Shown: piece after piece, positions 1 through 13,600 of the stretch
How positions within the stretch are numbered: position 1 is the stretch's first letter
Layout of the letters: every line of letters starts with the position of its first letter
Assembly: GCA_965603825.1 (NCBI GenBank)
Contig: CBFDEM010000048.1
Span: 248,001 to 312,000 of the forward strand
Origin: Blepharisma stoltei ATCC 30299
Taxonomy: Eukaryota > Protista > Ciliophora
Length of the DNA: 64,000 nt
Reading direction: 5' to 3'
Translations under genes and position numbers: made by a program
The notes under the pieces: model-generated
The model's database searches: none
Seen by the model: only the letters and a program-made list of their open reading frames with translations
What the model was told of the DNA's origin: nothing

Positions 1-2
1 AG

Positions 3-563
3 CTAAAACACTTTAAAATCCCATCTATTCTGTCCTTTATTGTAACTGGGATTTTAAGTCTTTTTTATATTATCTTTGACTCAGCAAAATCATCTTTAAA
101 GCTATGCAGTTGGCGTGATGAGTACTGTATGCAATCTTTATCTTCAACATGCAAAAATGCAGATACCAAAGATCTATATGCCTCCTTTCTTTATATTACA
201 GGGCTATTCCTCTCCTTAACAATAAATGTATTTTATATTCAGACAATTGCTGTGTCTAATTTTTTCAGGCAAAGACAAAAACTTTCATCTGTAGCATGTG
301 AAAGGGTTAATGAAACACAAGAGGACTCCACAACTTCAATAGCTGAACAGAAAACTATAAAAAAGTTTTTTGCGGGTAATAATCAAGAAACTCTTACAAT
401 AAATGACACAATAGTATTGGATAACTCTGTAAATGCTGCTGATGATAAAAAGGTATATGAAAATGTCAATGCACAACATCGCACAGCTAAGCTGAGCTTC
501 AAGAAAATAGCGTTCGATAAAGGCCTCAAAATAAAATCAGCAAATATTGTGATTGGTGTGTAA
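3..563 (+). CDS. Hypothetical membrane protein, 5' end outside the window
   Basis: The frame of ORF 129..563 stays open back to position 3 (LKHFKIPSILSFIVTGILSLFYIIF...). Two hydrophobic segments; TAA stop. Confidence 0.6.
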   Translation, partial: LKHFKIPSILSFIVTGILSLFYIIFDSAKSSLKLCSWRDEYCMQSLSSTCKNADTKDLYASFLYITGLFLSLTINVFYIQTIAVSNFFRQRQKLSSVACERVNETQEDSTTSIAEQKTIKKFFAGNNQETLTINDTIVLDNSVNAADDKKVYENVNAQHRTAKLSFKKIAFDKGLKIKSANIVIGV

Positions 564-1115
564 TTTTATATAAGAATTAATAGTTTGCTACTGAGTTATC
601 AGATACCTAATCATTTTTAGATTCATTATTAAGATAAACTTGGGTTTGACATATTAGAGAATATAATTAAAGCTTCCAAATTTTATAAAATCTTTTATAA
701 ATGCAGACTTATTTGTCATTTAATTGTGCATCAGACCAATGACTCCAATTTTATACAATTAATAAGCTCTGTAATTAAAGAATAAAAGAGCTCTAATAGA
801 TAACTACAAAATATTTGCTATTAAAGTTTGGAGAGAATAATGGAACCTGCATAATTTTTGCAGAAGTTCTTAAAGCTTTAAAACTGCAAGATCTAATAAG
901 AGATAAATTTTAACTATACTTTCCATTCCACAATAGTGTTATAAGATTAAAGTGTGGTTCTGCGATCTTTGATTTTATATTTATTTAACTACGATTTCTA
1001 TTCCTATGTGGATTAAATTTTAATCAACCATTAAATCATACAAGTTTAAAATCTTCTCTTTAAGATTCCAATTCACAACAATTAATTGAAAAATATCAAC
1101 GTCATTATAATAAGA

Positions 1116-3872
1116 ATGGGCCAACTATGTATGAAATTAAAACCAAATCGCTATTTAGAAGCAGACAAAAACAACGACGGGACAGGCGAAGAAAGAACCT
1201 TCCTAAACAGAGTCCCAAAGACAGACCGCAAAAAAAGTGCAGTCCATGACGAAGAATCTGCAATAAGAGAACAATCCGAAAAAAAGAAAAAATCAAAATC
1301 TCCAATGCCACTAGGAATGGCCTACATAGAAGCACAAGACGCTGAAATTGATCCCCAAGCCCAGAAATCTCAAGACGACAAGAAACTTATAATAACAGCC
1401 TTGAACAATCATTTTATTTTTACAAGCCTAACTGATGAAGACAAAGATATGGTCGCTGAATCAATGCAGCTCTATATCTTTCAAATTGGGAGCACAGTTT
1501 TTGAGCAAGAAAAACCTTCAAGATCGTATTATGTCGTAAAAAGCGGGGTCCTTGAAGTTCTCGTCAATGGAAAAAGAGTCAATCGAATCCATCCAGGCGA
1601 AGGATTTGGGGAATTAGCCTTACTTCATGATAATCCGAGGTCTGCCACAGTGAGGTGTCTGGATAAAACTTTGCTGTGAGGGATTGAAAGACAGACTTTT
1701 AGAAAAGTTATTGAAGAAATGAATACGCAAATTTATGAACAAAATAGAGAATTTCTTGAAAAAGTCGCTTTACTGCAGCCACTCAGCTCAAGGCAAAAGG
1801 ATTCGCTGGCTGCTTCTCTTGTAGCTTGCAAGTATACTTCAGGACAGAAAATCATTTCTGAAGGAGAAAGCGGACAGCAGCTGTTTATCATTAAAGAAGG
1901 AACTGTTTCTGTACAAAAAGGGTCGCAGGAAATAGCGAGGCTGCATGCTGGAGGCTATTTTGGAGAAATGGCGCTGCTTACAAATGCTCCAAGATCAGCT
2001 ACTTGTGTAGCTATTGAAGGACCTGTAAAATGTGTCTCGCTAAGTAGAGAAACTCTACAAAAAACACTAGGAAACCAGCTTCAAGATATTATTGAGAAAA
2101 ACACAATAATGGAAGCTATAAACAAATCTGAAACTCTCAGCTATTTAAATAAAGACCAAAAAGACTCCATTATTAGAGAACTCCACATAAAAAGCTACAA
2201 AGGTGGTGACATTGTAATCCAAGCAGGCACCTTATGCAATTCAAAACTGTACATAATTATTACAGGCAGGCTCCAATTTGCAAAGACGACTCAACTTTTT
2301 GCAGATAAAGGAACTGCAGTAGGCGATGTCCATGTAACTCAAACACTTGCTGAAGACCAAAAATATGAAGACGATATGATTGCTTCAGCTGATATGAAAG
2401 TTGGCGAACTTACGAAATATCGCTTTGAAGTCAGCATAGGAGGCAGATATGAAGATGTCGTCAAAGAAAATGCTGCGACCAATGTGCTGAGAAAAGTTTA
2501 CCTTTTCAACACTTTAGACAGTACAAAAATGAAAGAATTGTTTGGAATAATTCGAAGTGTAAAATATGCAGAAGGCGAAACTATTATAAAAGAAAAGACT
2601 CCTATTGACTCAGTTTATATTGTCAAGCGAGGCAAAGTAGACTTGAGAAAAAATGGAGAGCTGATTAGAACTGTGATGAAGCATGACTATTTTGGGGAAA
2701 GAGGGTTTTTAATTGATAATATTTCGACAGTTACAGCGGTTGCGAATGGAAGTGTAACCGTGTGGGTGATACAAAATAATGACTTTATTCAGCTTGTAAA
2801 TGAAAATATGAGAAAGCAGCTGCTAAAAAGAATAAAAATAGAAGACGAAAGGGTAGAGCTCAAAGACCTCATTGTCATAAAAATGCTAGGAAAAGGGATG
2901 TTTGGAAAAGTCTACTTGGTAAGGCCTGCTAGCGCTTTTCAACTATATGCGCTCAAAGCTATTTCCCGAAGGAAAATCGATGTGTACGCAATACAAGAGC
3001 ATTTGCTTCTTGAAAAGCATATTTTGCTATTAATAGACCACCCATTTATAGTGAAAATGGTGCGAACATATAAAGACGAAAAACGAATTTATTTTCTGCT
3101 CGAGTATGTTCATGGTTTAGAGCTCAGCATGATTCTAAGACACGTTGGACTCCTAAGTAACAGTGATTCTCAGTTTTACATTGCATCTTTAGTCCTTGTT
3201 CTACAGTATCTTCACGAAAGAGATATCATTTATCGAGATGTAAAACCTGATAATGTCATGGTCGACTCCAATGGTTTTATTAAGCTGATCGATTTTGGCA
3301 CCGCTAAGCAGGTCCAAGGCAGAACTTATACGTTAGTCGGAACTTATCATTATATGTCCCCAGAAGCGATTGTGGGGAAAGGGTATAATAAAAATGCAGA
3401 TTTGTGGAGCCTAGGAATATGCCTTTATGAGTTTCTATGTGGAAGAGTGCCTTTTGGAGAAGATGAAGAAGATCCTTATAAGATCTATGAAGCCATACTT
3501 GACATGAATTTGGACTATCCTTCTGATATAGAAGGGCCAAGTGAATCAGCTAAATCGTTGATAGGACAGCTTTTGAGTAAATTGGGAGAACATAGAAGTG
3601 GAGGCTCAATTGAAAATCTGAAAAAGCATGAATGGTTTGCAGGATTTGACTGGGAAGGACTAATGCATCAAACTATTGTGCCTCCTTATACACCAGATGT
3701 AGGGGATAATTTTGAAGATATAGAAGAAGATGATGCAGAACTGCATGAACCCTGGGACCAAGTACTAAATCAGGAAAGCGAAGATAGTGATATGTCTATA
3801 CCTGAAGTTATTGATACTGAATTAGAAGAATTTAAATCGTCAATACCTAGGAACTGGGATGCAGGATTTTAA
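1116..3872 (+). CDS. PKG: cGMP-dependent protein kinase (four cNMP-binding domains plus AGC kinase), about 918 aa
   Basis: ORFs 1086..1679 and 1719..3872 are joined in frame by TGA 1677-1679 (LL-W-GIER, the conserved cNMP-domain Trp). FGELAL..PRSAT and FGEMAL..PRSAT cassettes; kinase motifs GKGMFG, YRDVKPDN, DFG. ATG 1116 gives MGQLC. Confidence 0.92.
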
Positions 3873-3973
3873 AAGTTGAATTATTTTTAAATGCATCAAT
3901 CACTTTTTAAGTGAACGCTCTATTACCAGAGCAATTAAGTAAATAATGTAAGTATCCACCAATCTGCTGGCAT

Positions 3974-4435
3974 TTAAATCCCATCTTTCATTAACTTTTT
4001 GAACTCTTCAAAAGTGATATACCCTCGACTCCCTGAAACCACTCTTATCATGTCATCTGCATCTTGCATAGTAATTTTCTCTTTCAATACATTATTCATC
4101 ATATAGTAGACGCCTTCCTTAGTTATTATTTGTGTTTCATCTCGATCGAACATACCAAATAGCGTTTGAATTTCTTTGTCTATATCTCTCTTCCCTCTTC
4201 TCCTTATAAACTCTTTTGAGAACTCTGCTCAGCTGATTTTTCCGTTTTTATCTTCATCCATAGCATCAATCATGTCCTGAATTTCTTCTTCAACTGGATT
4301 TTCTCCAAGGCAGCTTAAAAGCTGGACTAATTCGCTTGAATCTATTTCCCCGCTCCTGTCTTTATCGAAATAATCAAACACTTCTTTAAGTTCTCTAAGG
4401 CCTTGATTGACTTCATCAAATTCTGAGACACTCAT
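3974..4435 (-). CDS. Calmodulin/centrin-like EF-hand protein, 153 aa
   Basis: EF loops DKDRSGEIDSSE and DEDKNGKISW (TGA 4229-4231) AEF. Reading continues through FGMFDRD and GYITFEEF to TAA at 3974-3976. Confidence 0.88.
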
Positions 4436-4617
4436 TAATCAATTTTTTATAGCTTGATTATAAATTTCAATTTAAAATTTCCCAAACTATCCTATATATT
4501 ACTATTTTCTGTATTAGAATAATTTCGCTTAATTAAGTGACCCATATGATTAATTAGTAATTGATATCTCTTTCAATTATGCTTGACATTTTTACCAAGC
4601 AATATCAGTTATAATAA

Positions 4618-7600
4618 ATGGGAAACTCGTCAAGTGAAATTGTATCGCGTGTAGAAGGCCTCGATCTCAGCGCCGTGACGAAAACAATTCACCAAGATCT
4701 CGAACTTTTAGATGATCCTTCCTTAATTTTTGATACTGGTAAGCTTCTGGTCCGTGCTGATCTTGATGATTATAAAGTTCCTGGCTTCGACCACACAAAG
4801 CTAAAAGAAGAAGATGTCAACACAGACCAAGAAGAGGCTATGATTTTAAGCTTAAACAACTATGATAGGCTGAGAGAAAAGCACGGAGATGCCATCAAAA
4901 ATATTATTGAAGACATTTTGAGAAAGCGTGGTGAAGATGCGAACTCGAAAGAAATTCTGGTCAAGCTTCAATGCATAATGAGATCATTTGAAGGACTATT
5001 GAGAACTGAACAGTTTAGAAAGCTGAAAACGAAAAATGAAGAAAATAAATCAAGTGCAACACAAGGAACTTTGTCAACTACTGCAACTGCCGCGATTAAA
5101 ATGGGATTGAGCACTTTGCTTTTCCTTATTGAATGTGTAGGAGACTTAAAACCTGAAATTTATCAAAGAGTTATAAAGCAGGCCTCTGATATTTTGAGTG
5201 TAATTCCTCCTTTGTCACTGCAAACTGCTGAGCCTACAATTTCTGAAAGTTTGGGAGAAATTTCGCAGTTTTTTGATTCTGTTATTAGCAACGACTCTGA
5301 AAAAATGAAAAAAATAGACAAGCTGTCATGCTTGGCGCCTTATTTTGGTCTTTGCATAGCATCAGGGAATCTAAGCTCTACTTTAATGCTTGCACTTCGA
5401 TTTTTACAATTAGATCGTACAGACAGGCTTCGAGCTGCTCTTGAATCAATCTATCAGCCTCTTACTGTTTTAAAAAATTTAGGATCAATCGCTCCAAGAT
5501 GGAGTCCTACGAAATCAGGCCCAAATACAACTTTTTCTGAGTATAATTTAGTAGTATCAGCTTCAGCAGGCTGGACAACCATTTTAGGAGAAGAAGAATA
5601 TTTTTCAGGCTTATATTACTTTGAATTTACTATTGGGCCATACAATGATTCTTATATGCTTGGAGTGGTGGACTCGAAATATAACAATTTTTCAGCTTGA
5701 TCCGATATTAATTTTTCATCATTTTCTTATCAGTCAAACTCAAGCATTTTTGATAAAAATAATGAAGTTTATAAATGGGAAAGCTGGAAAGAAGGGGATA
5801 AAATTGGGATTTTTTTGAATATGGATGATAAAACTGTTACTTTTTATAAGAATGGAATTAAAGAGCCACAAGAAAAGCATGGGAAACTGCCGGATTCTGT
5901 TAGATTTTATACTAGCCTAGGAGCGAATTCCAAAGTTCAATCAATTTTCCCTGAAAACATCCCTGAGGAAATAAGGGATTTAGTTGAAAAGCCAAATGTA
6001 GAGTTCAAAGAAAATAAATTGTACAGAATGCTGGAGAGTGAAAGACCTACAAATGAATACTTGGCAATTGAACCTTCTGAAATATCTGCTTTCATAATCA
6101 ATAAGCTGGCCTATGCAAATATTCCAGTCTTGAGAATGCTGCAAAGCAAGTCAAAAAATTTGGAAATGCCAAAAAAATGAGGAATTTCATTGGATCTTCA
6201 GCCATTAACAGTTGATCTTCTTGATACAGCCTTTGTTAATTTCCTTAAATTAGCTAAAACTCACGATTATTCAAAAATAAGCCAAGAGAGTTGCCAAACA
6301 GCTTTAGCCTCAGCACAAAAACTCATTCGAGCTCACTTGTTGGCTTCTTTGATTCATGCTGACCATGGTCTTGATTTATCTCTTAGAAACCGAATAATGG
6401 AGCACACAATCCAGCTTTTCTCAGTCATGCCAAATACAAAAGCCGCCGAAGAAGCCACTTTGACTCTTAGCTTATGCTTTGATGTATTCTATAATGATCC
6501 TAAAGAAAAATTAAGCTACCTAATGGGAAGACTAGAAGATATGAAAAAAGGCAAAGAACAAGAAGGTGTCTTCAGAGCCTTAGAAGACAGAATCTTTTTA
6601 GAAATGGCAAAATCAGAAAAACTCTTCCCTGCACTCGATATCAAAGACGACGATCACAGCAGAGAAATCGAGCATTTCTTTGAGCTACTTCTTGAACTAG
6701 CCTCAAGAATTTCACAAAACGCCATTTCTGGAAATGCTGCAGCTTCAGGAATCGTTAAATTATTAGAAACCAGCCAAAGCGTGCTGATGGCTCGTACAGC
6801 CCAAAATAATTATCAAGGCAAATGGCTTGACATATTTTCATCTTACTCAGTCAAAATGTTTAATGAAATTGATAGAATACTTAAACAAATTTTGTCTCTC
6901 CACCCAGATGGGAAAATTCCAGACGATTTAACAGCTAAACTCAAAAATACAGTCGTTGCTAATTTATTTGAAAGCCTGCTTTACTACCTTATGCTGATGA
7001 ATATGAATCTTGACCTCCTTGCTGGAGTTCTTACAAGCCTACAAAATATTATTACAACGCTATCAGCCTTTCAGCCAAAGCCCAAGGTATTTGTCCAAGG
7101 AACTGCGATTCAGCCACAAGTTTATGAGAGCAGTCATAATTATGGAGACAATTTAAACACTGAATATCTCGTCAGAGTCCCCAGGGCAAAGAAATATGTG
7201 CTTTCGTTTGACCCTCAGTGTAAAACTGAAAACGGCTGCGATTACTTAGAACTGTGACTGGATCAAAATAGAGGAAATAAATTTGCAAGATGGGAAGGAG
7301 AGAATTTTCCAAAGCAGCCTGTAGAAGTCATCAGTCCTCTTCTATTTTTTACTTTTCATTCAGATGGATCTGTAAATTATTGGGGATGGAAAATAGAAAT
7401 AAAATCTTATGTAGAGGCTAATTTTGAAGCAAAACAATGGCCTGATACAGTCAAGGACTCAGCTGTTATGCTGCTTGGATTTATCAGTACAAGTTTGATA
7501 TCTGGCACTTTTGACTCAGCCCCAGATGATGAAAAAATAACTGAGCTTCTTGATAACCCTCTACTAAAATATGGGATTTCGGATTCAGCTCTTTCCATTG

Positions 7601-10600
7601 TAAAGGAACCTACCCCTATCAGTGAAAGTTTGTTCACAATACTAACGAATGCAAGTATGACAAGAAGAGCTAAACGAGCTTTGACAGCTTCAGGATACCC
7701 TGAAGCTATAAAAAAACGAATTGTAAGAAGTAGCTCTGTTGTCGTATCTATCGGAGACTATGCTGCAAAATATTCAAAAGCCATTGAGCGACCTAAGTTT
7801 TCAAATATTCCATTTTTGCAAGAGTTAATAGAAGGAAGTGAAAGAATCAGCACAGCATGGGCAAGCTTAAAGAAAAAAGCAGGCGTGATGGGCCCAGCTA
7901 CAAATATAGGTGGAGCTGAAATGGACCAAGCTGAAAGAGCTATTTTTGCTATTTATATCGCATTTTACGAAGCAACTGACACAGTAGCCAAAATTTTCGA
8001 CTCTCTAGGAGATCTCGGTGCAACAATGAAATATATCATCAAGCAAAGCAATTTAATCAGAGGCTGGGCACAAAAGCACAAGCAAAAGCTAATGGATTAT
8101 GGCAAACCAGATACCACCTACACTGATATTTGCAAAGATGTCGTCATAAAATGCGTTTTCTTGCTTAGTGCTGAATACAAAATCAGCCTGAATGAGCTTG
8201 GAGTTAATAAAGTTATGAAAAATTTATTCTCAAGTGTAGCTAAAATCCAAAGCCAAGCTACAATAGCAAAAGCCGGGAGTAAATGGAAAACTGTCAAAAA
8301 AGCAGTGGAATCGTCTTCAAAACTTAAAGGGCTGCTTCATATTCAATCAAAAACTAAAGAACCAGAAAATGAAGACGTCAAAGAATTTCTTAGAGTTGCT
8401 GAAATCGTAACCAAATTTTTAGAATCTTCAATACCAGTAGAAGATATTGCAGCTGTGATTGCAAAAAGAAGGATAAGAGGGATTGCTAGAACGCTAGGAT
8501 TCTTATCGTTCGCAAATTTAATAGGGCAAACCAATAAGAAAGAAACCTGCCTTGTGAAAGCTTTTAGTGACTCTCTCAAAATAAAAGGTGAAAAAGTGCA
8601 TTATTGGCAGGGTCTTGAAGGAACTGATCCTATTTTGCTGCATTGCGTTCAGAACTCATTTTTCCAGGTTTATACAGCACTTCAAAGAGAGCTTTCTCAA
8701 CAGCAGCTCGATAGATTAAAGCCAGGGGACTATAATCATTACTTAACTGTCATAGATGCTATGAGTTGTCCGCTTAAAGGAATAGATGGCCATATCATAT
8801 TAGAGCAGCAATTCCCAAGCACAATTTCTCATTTATTAAAGTGGGCCAAAGGCTATATTGGAGAAGACGAAATCCATCGGCCATTCAAAAAGGAGCTTTG
8901 CATCACTCGATTAGGAATTTTGGCTCAAACTGATTTACCTGAAAATGCAATTAAAATTTTGCTTGAAGAAAGACCAAATGAGCAATCAATTTATTTAGTG
9001 ATAGACAAAGCAGGGTCAGCAAAGCCAATCATTGATGCAAAACTTTCAAGCCAAGCTATTGAAGGATATGAAGAAGCCACTGGAATCTTTACTTTTAGAG
9101 GCGAGAGAAAAGCGATATATATCAAAAGAGATGATGAAAAAGTTAATCTAAAGTATTTGACTGAAATTTCAGAAAACCTGGAATTTATATTCACAGATTA
9201 TGAAAACTTAATTGAGCCTGAGCCTGAAGAAGAAAACAAAAAAAGACTGGAATTGAGATTAAGGCTCAGCAAGAGCTCTTGGTCATTATTCAAAGAGCTT
9301 CTTTATTCAATTGTTGGGTCTTGGGTGGAACCAAATGAGTCGTTGAAAAGTCTGATCCAAGAGCTGTTCATGAAAGTGATTTTTAGCGAGCTTAAATTTG
9401 ATGAAACTTTGATGACTCTTGACCCTGAACCTGTCATTCTTGCTCAGCTTGCCAAAGGTGAAAATTGGATTGGGAAATCAGTGATCCCTAAAGAAATTAT
9501 CAAAAACCCTGTACAAGAATGGCTAAGGCAATTCCATAACGAGACTGAGAGCTTTGAAAATTTCATTGTGAGAGAGATCATTAATGAATTTGTACAAAAA
9601 GCAGACCCAGCAATGAAAGGAGTTATCACTCAAGACGACCTTCAAAATCTTAAAAGAGAAACCGTTGAAGTGCTAGAAAAATATGAAGAAAATAAAAATG
9701 AGAAAGGAGAATACGATTTCTTCAGGTATTTAAATGTTCTCAAAGGATTAGCTGATCAGTTTCCAGCAGAAATTCGTGAGTATTTCAGACAGTCAAAACT
9801 ATGGCAGTACCTTCCAAATGACTTTTATCAAGCTGCTGAGGAGTATGACTTAGAAAACGTTGGAAAAGTTATACAGAACTTCATAATCAGACTTAAACCA
9901 GCACAAGAAGACTCTTTCATGAAATTCCTTGAGCTCTTTGCAAATGCCAAACAGCCTGGAGTAGTTGAAAATGTGGAATTCGAATGCCCAGCGGAGTTTA
10001 AAGATGGATCAGGATCTTTGGATTTCTACGTAGCATTAAATGGGATTATTTCAAATAAAGAAAAATTCTCAAATTACTATCAGGAAATTGAAGACGGTAT
10101 CTCCATGTACAACGGAATTCCTGCATCATGCAAAAAGATGACAAGTATAATTACTGGCCAAATTGACTATATTTCTTCTTTGCTTTGGTGTATCTATGGG
10201 TCTCTGGGCTCACAATGCCTGCCTAGGCTTTTAGCCAGAGAAGATTATTTTGTTTCTCTTCTTCAGCTAACTTTTTGTGTTCCATCAGCAAAGGTTATAA
10301 CATGTGGATCCAGAATATTGAGGTATATCATCCCAACCCAGCATTCTCCCAAGACTCTTCAGCCTTATTGGGACACAGTCTCTAAGTTATTAAACAGCAA
10401 GCTTGATATTATTTCCTTCTTATTAACCAAGATTGGAAACGGAATGACATGGTACGAAAATCAAGACTCAAAAGAGATTTCTCTGAGATGGGCATATGAA
10501 GCAGAAAGCTTTATTCTTGCATTCGTTGGGGTTGATAGGTGGAGAGCTGAAGTGATTAATGTGCTCACAAGGTCACTTGAAGCAGCAGCTCAAATGGTCA

Positions 10601-13600
10601 TTCGAGGACTTCCGCTGACTCCTGTCCACTCAGGAACCCTTTTCTTTATGGCCTCCTCATCTAAAAATTCGGATGGCTATGGCTTTGTGCCAATAATCCT
10701 TTCTCAAGCTAGGCTAAATAACTGCAGACTCCCTCGAGGTGTTATAAGAGAATTTACTACCCCTGAAACTGGGAAGTTTTATTCTGTAGTCGAAGACGCA
10801 AATGCAACTGAGCCACTTGACAAAATTGATGGAATCGAGTCACAAGTCAATATTAAGCTCTATGATAAATTAAACCCTGAAGAAAAAGAGAGACTGAGCA
10901 CAGCCACAATTGCATTTTGGGAAAATTTAAGAGGCTCAGGAAATGTTCTTATTAAAGCCAGCAGTGATGCTATTGCAAACTTGAGATCTTTGTATATAAA
11001 ACTTAATATCGCATCAATGATTTGCATGCTTGATGTTCTGGAGTCTAAAGAAACAAAACACCCCGAAATGGAAGGAATCATCAATAAATTCATTAACCGT
11101 GGTAATCCTTTATCTGGGACTAGCAAAAAAATATACACAAAAGTCATGAACGAGCTTGCCAAAAAGCTCCAAGCAGCACCTAAGAATCAAGAAAAGAAAG
11201 AAATGACTGAAGAAGAAGCTATGACAAGATTTACTGAGTACAGCGAAGCTGAACAAGCTTTAGTCCAAGAACTAATGTGGATGAATGTTCCAGCAGTCAA
11301 AATTCTTAAATGCTTTGAATCTGGAATTAATGATAAAGAAGCTATTATAAATTACCAAGAGCAAGTATCAGAAAATACTGTTTTACTTTACAAGCTCGGG
11401 GCTCTAGACGACTCTTCATTCAAAATGAAAGACAGTTCTGGGAATTCTGAGCTATATCAAAACGGCCTGTATCATTTTGTAATAAATAATCCAAAAGGAG
11501 TATCTGAAAGAAGGGAAATCAAGAACACTCTGCCAAATACCATTTTCCACTCTCTTCCAACTCTATGCACTACTATCACGATTTTGGCTGCTATTGAAGG
11601 AAAATTGCTAAATAATAAGCTCTCATGCGGGTTAAAAATCGGAGACTTAGAAGTCGGGATCACAACTGCAATTGGTAGACCTCACTTCGCAATCAATGGA
11701 GAGCCTAATGGAGAAGCAAATGTTTCAGAGCCATTGATTATAAGGATCTTTGCAAAAGCTAATGGAGAAGTGACAATTATTAATGATAAGAGTGGGATAA
11801 AGTCAGAAAAAGTTTATGGAAATGTATTTAACGGATACCGTGTTGGGGAATATGGGATGTATTTAGATTTTGGAGGCTCTGCTAGTTTGCTATGCTTAGA
11901 AATCTATGATGGGAAATATGCAGGAAGCATTCAAAGCAAAATTGAAAAAGCAAAAGAATTAGAAGGAGGAGAACGATTTATTAAAATTAAAACAAAAGAT
12001 CAAAATTTAGATAAACTGAGACTCAAATTGCTAGGACTTTCTGATGAAGAAGCTGAAGAGGCCCTTGCAAATTCTCAAGACTTAAGTTCAGCCTTAGAAT
12101 ATTCATTAAATACGTTTGGACTTGACACCATGAGAAACCCACCTCTAAACTTAGATCAAGAAATTATCACTGATATCAAAATTTTTGATAACGTAAGCTC
12201 AGTTCCAGCTGATTATAAAATTGTCCAAGTTTATGAAAATGCCCAAGTAATCAATTTTAGCCTTCCAGACAGAAAAGTACTAGCAATGAAAAAAGAAAAA
12301 TTTTTGACTGGAAAATGTTGCATTGGGCTGTCTATAGGAGAAAACCCAGGAGATTTTACTGAAATAGGAGACTTGAGCATTGAAGACGAAAGACGAAATC
12401 AGATTTTCATCAAAACAGGGACTGCAGAAAAGAAAAACACTCCTTTAAAAGATATCGCGCTTATTAAAGTCACCTCAACTTATTCTGCTGTTTTGCCTTT
12501 TGGCTATGCCCTCGTTTCAGATAAAGAAGGAAACGCCATAAACATTGCTTCCAAAAACGAAAAGAAGTACTACATTTTATTAGGAATAAAAAGTGCCGAT
12601 ACCCTTATGAACTGCCCCATTTACCCCCTTAAAAGTATTTCAAACAATGCCACATCTTTCGGACTAGTAGATCAGCTTCCCAGCCAAGATTCAGGGGCTC
12701 TCAAAAAAGAAGAAGAAAAATCATACGAAGAGTACACAGTCATGGAGCTTTATAACATGCTATTTGATATTGACGAAATGAGGCGTCTAGCTTTATCAAA
12801 GAAACTGCTTGTAATAACTCTAAAAAAATATCCTAGCATGCTTATGAATATGCCTGGCAGTGCTAGCTTGGCCAAACTCCTCTCATATGTCGATTCCGAG
12901 CTGCAAAACCTTGAAACTCCAGTGAGAACTCTACTGAAAAGTTTAGATAGAGAAGACTTTAGGCTGAAAGCTGCTAGAGAATGCCTCACTATTTTGATTT
13001 CGTGCATAATAGGTAAATCAGCTGGGCCGCCTTTGAAAACAATTACTGTTGAAAGTTTGCACCCTTATAATGATGGAATGGATGTAGATGATGTTATTAC
13101 CATTCCTGGGGCAAAAGGGCTTAAATTTGTATTTGACCCTCAATGCTATACGGAAGCTGGATGCGATCCTCTGAGGTTCTATGAAAAACCTGGGAGGCAA
13201 GGTGAGCTTAAATGTCTTTCAGGACAAGGAGAGTCATGCTGGCAGTCATTCGAAGTCCCAGGTGATACTGTATACACTTATTTCCATAGTGATGGATCTG
13301 TCCATTATTGGGGCTACAAATTTGAAGTTATTCCAATTGGCAGTGGCTCGCAAGCTCAAAAGGATGACCTCAAGCCAGATGCTGCGCTTTGGATGCTTGA
13401 AAAGTTTGTAGAAAACGTGAATACAAATGAAGAGTTGAAGATGCTTTATACCCCTCGATTTCTGCAGCCTCTATTTCTGTTTATCCTTTCATCGCCTGCA
13501 GTCGAAGAAAAATCAAGAGCTCTTAGCATTCTTAAGTCTTTTATAAAATATCCTAACCCCACCTTGGAAACCATTATAAAGCTGCTGTTCTCTGAAGCTA

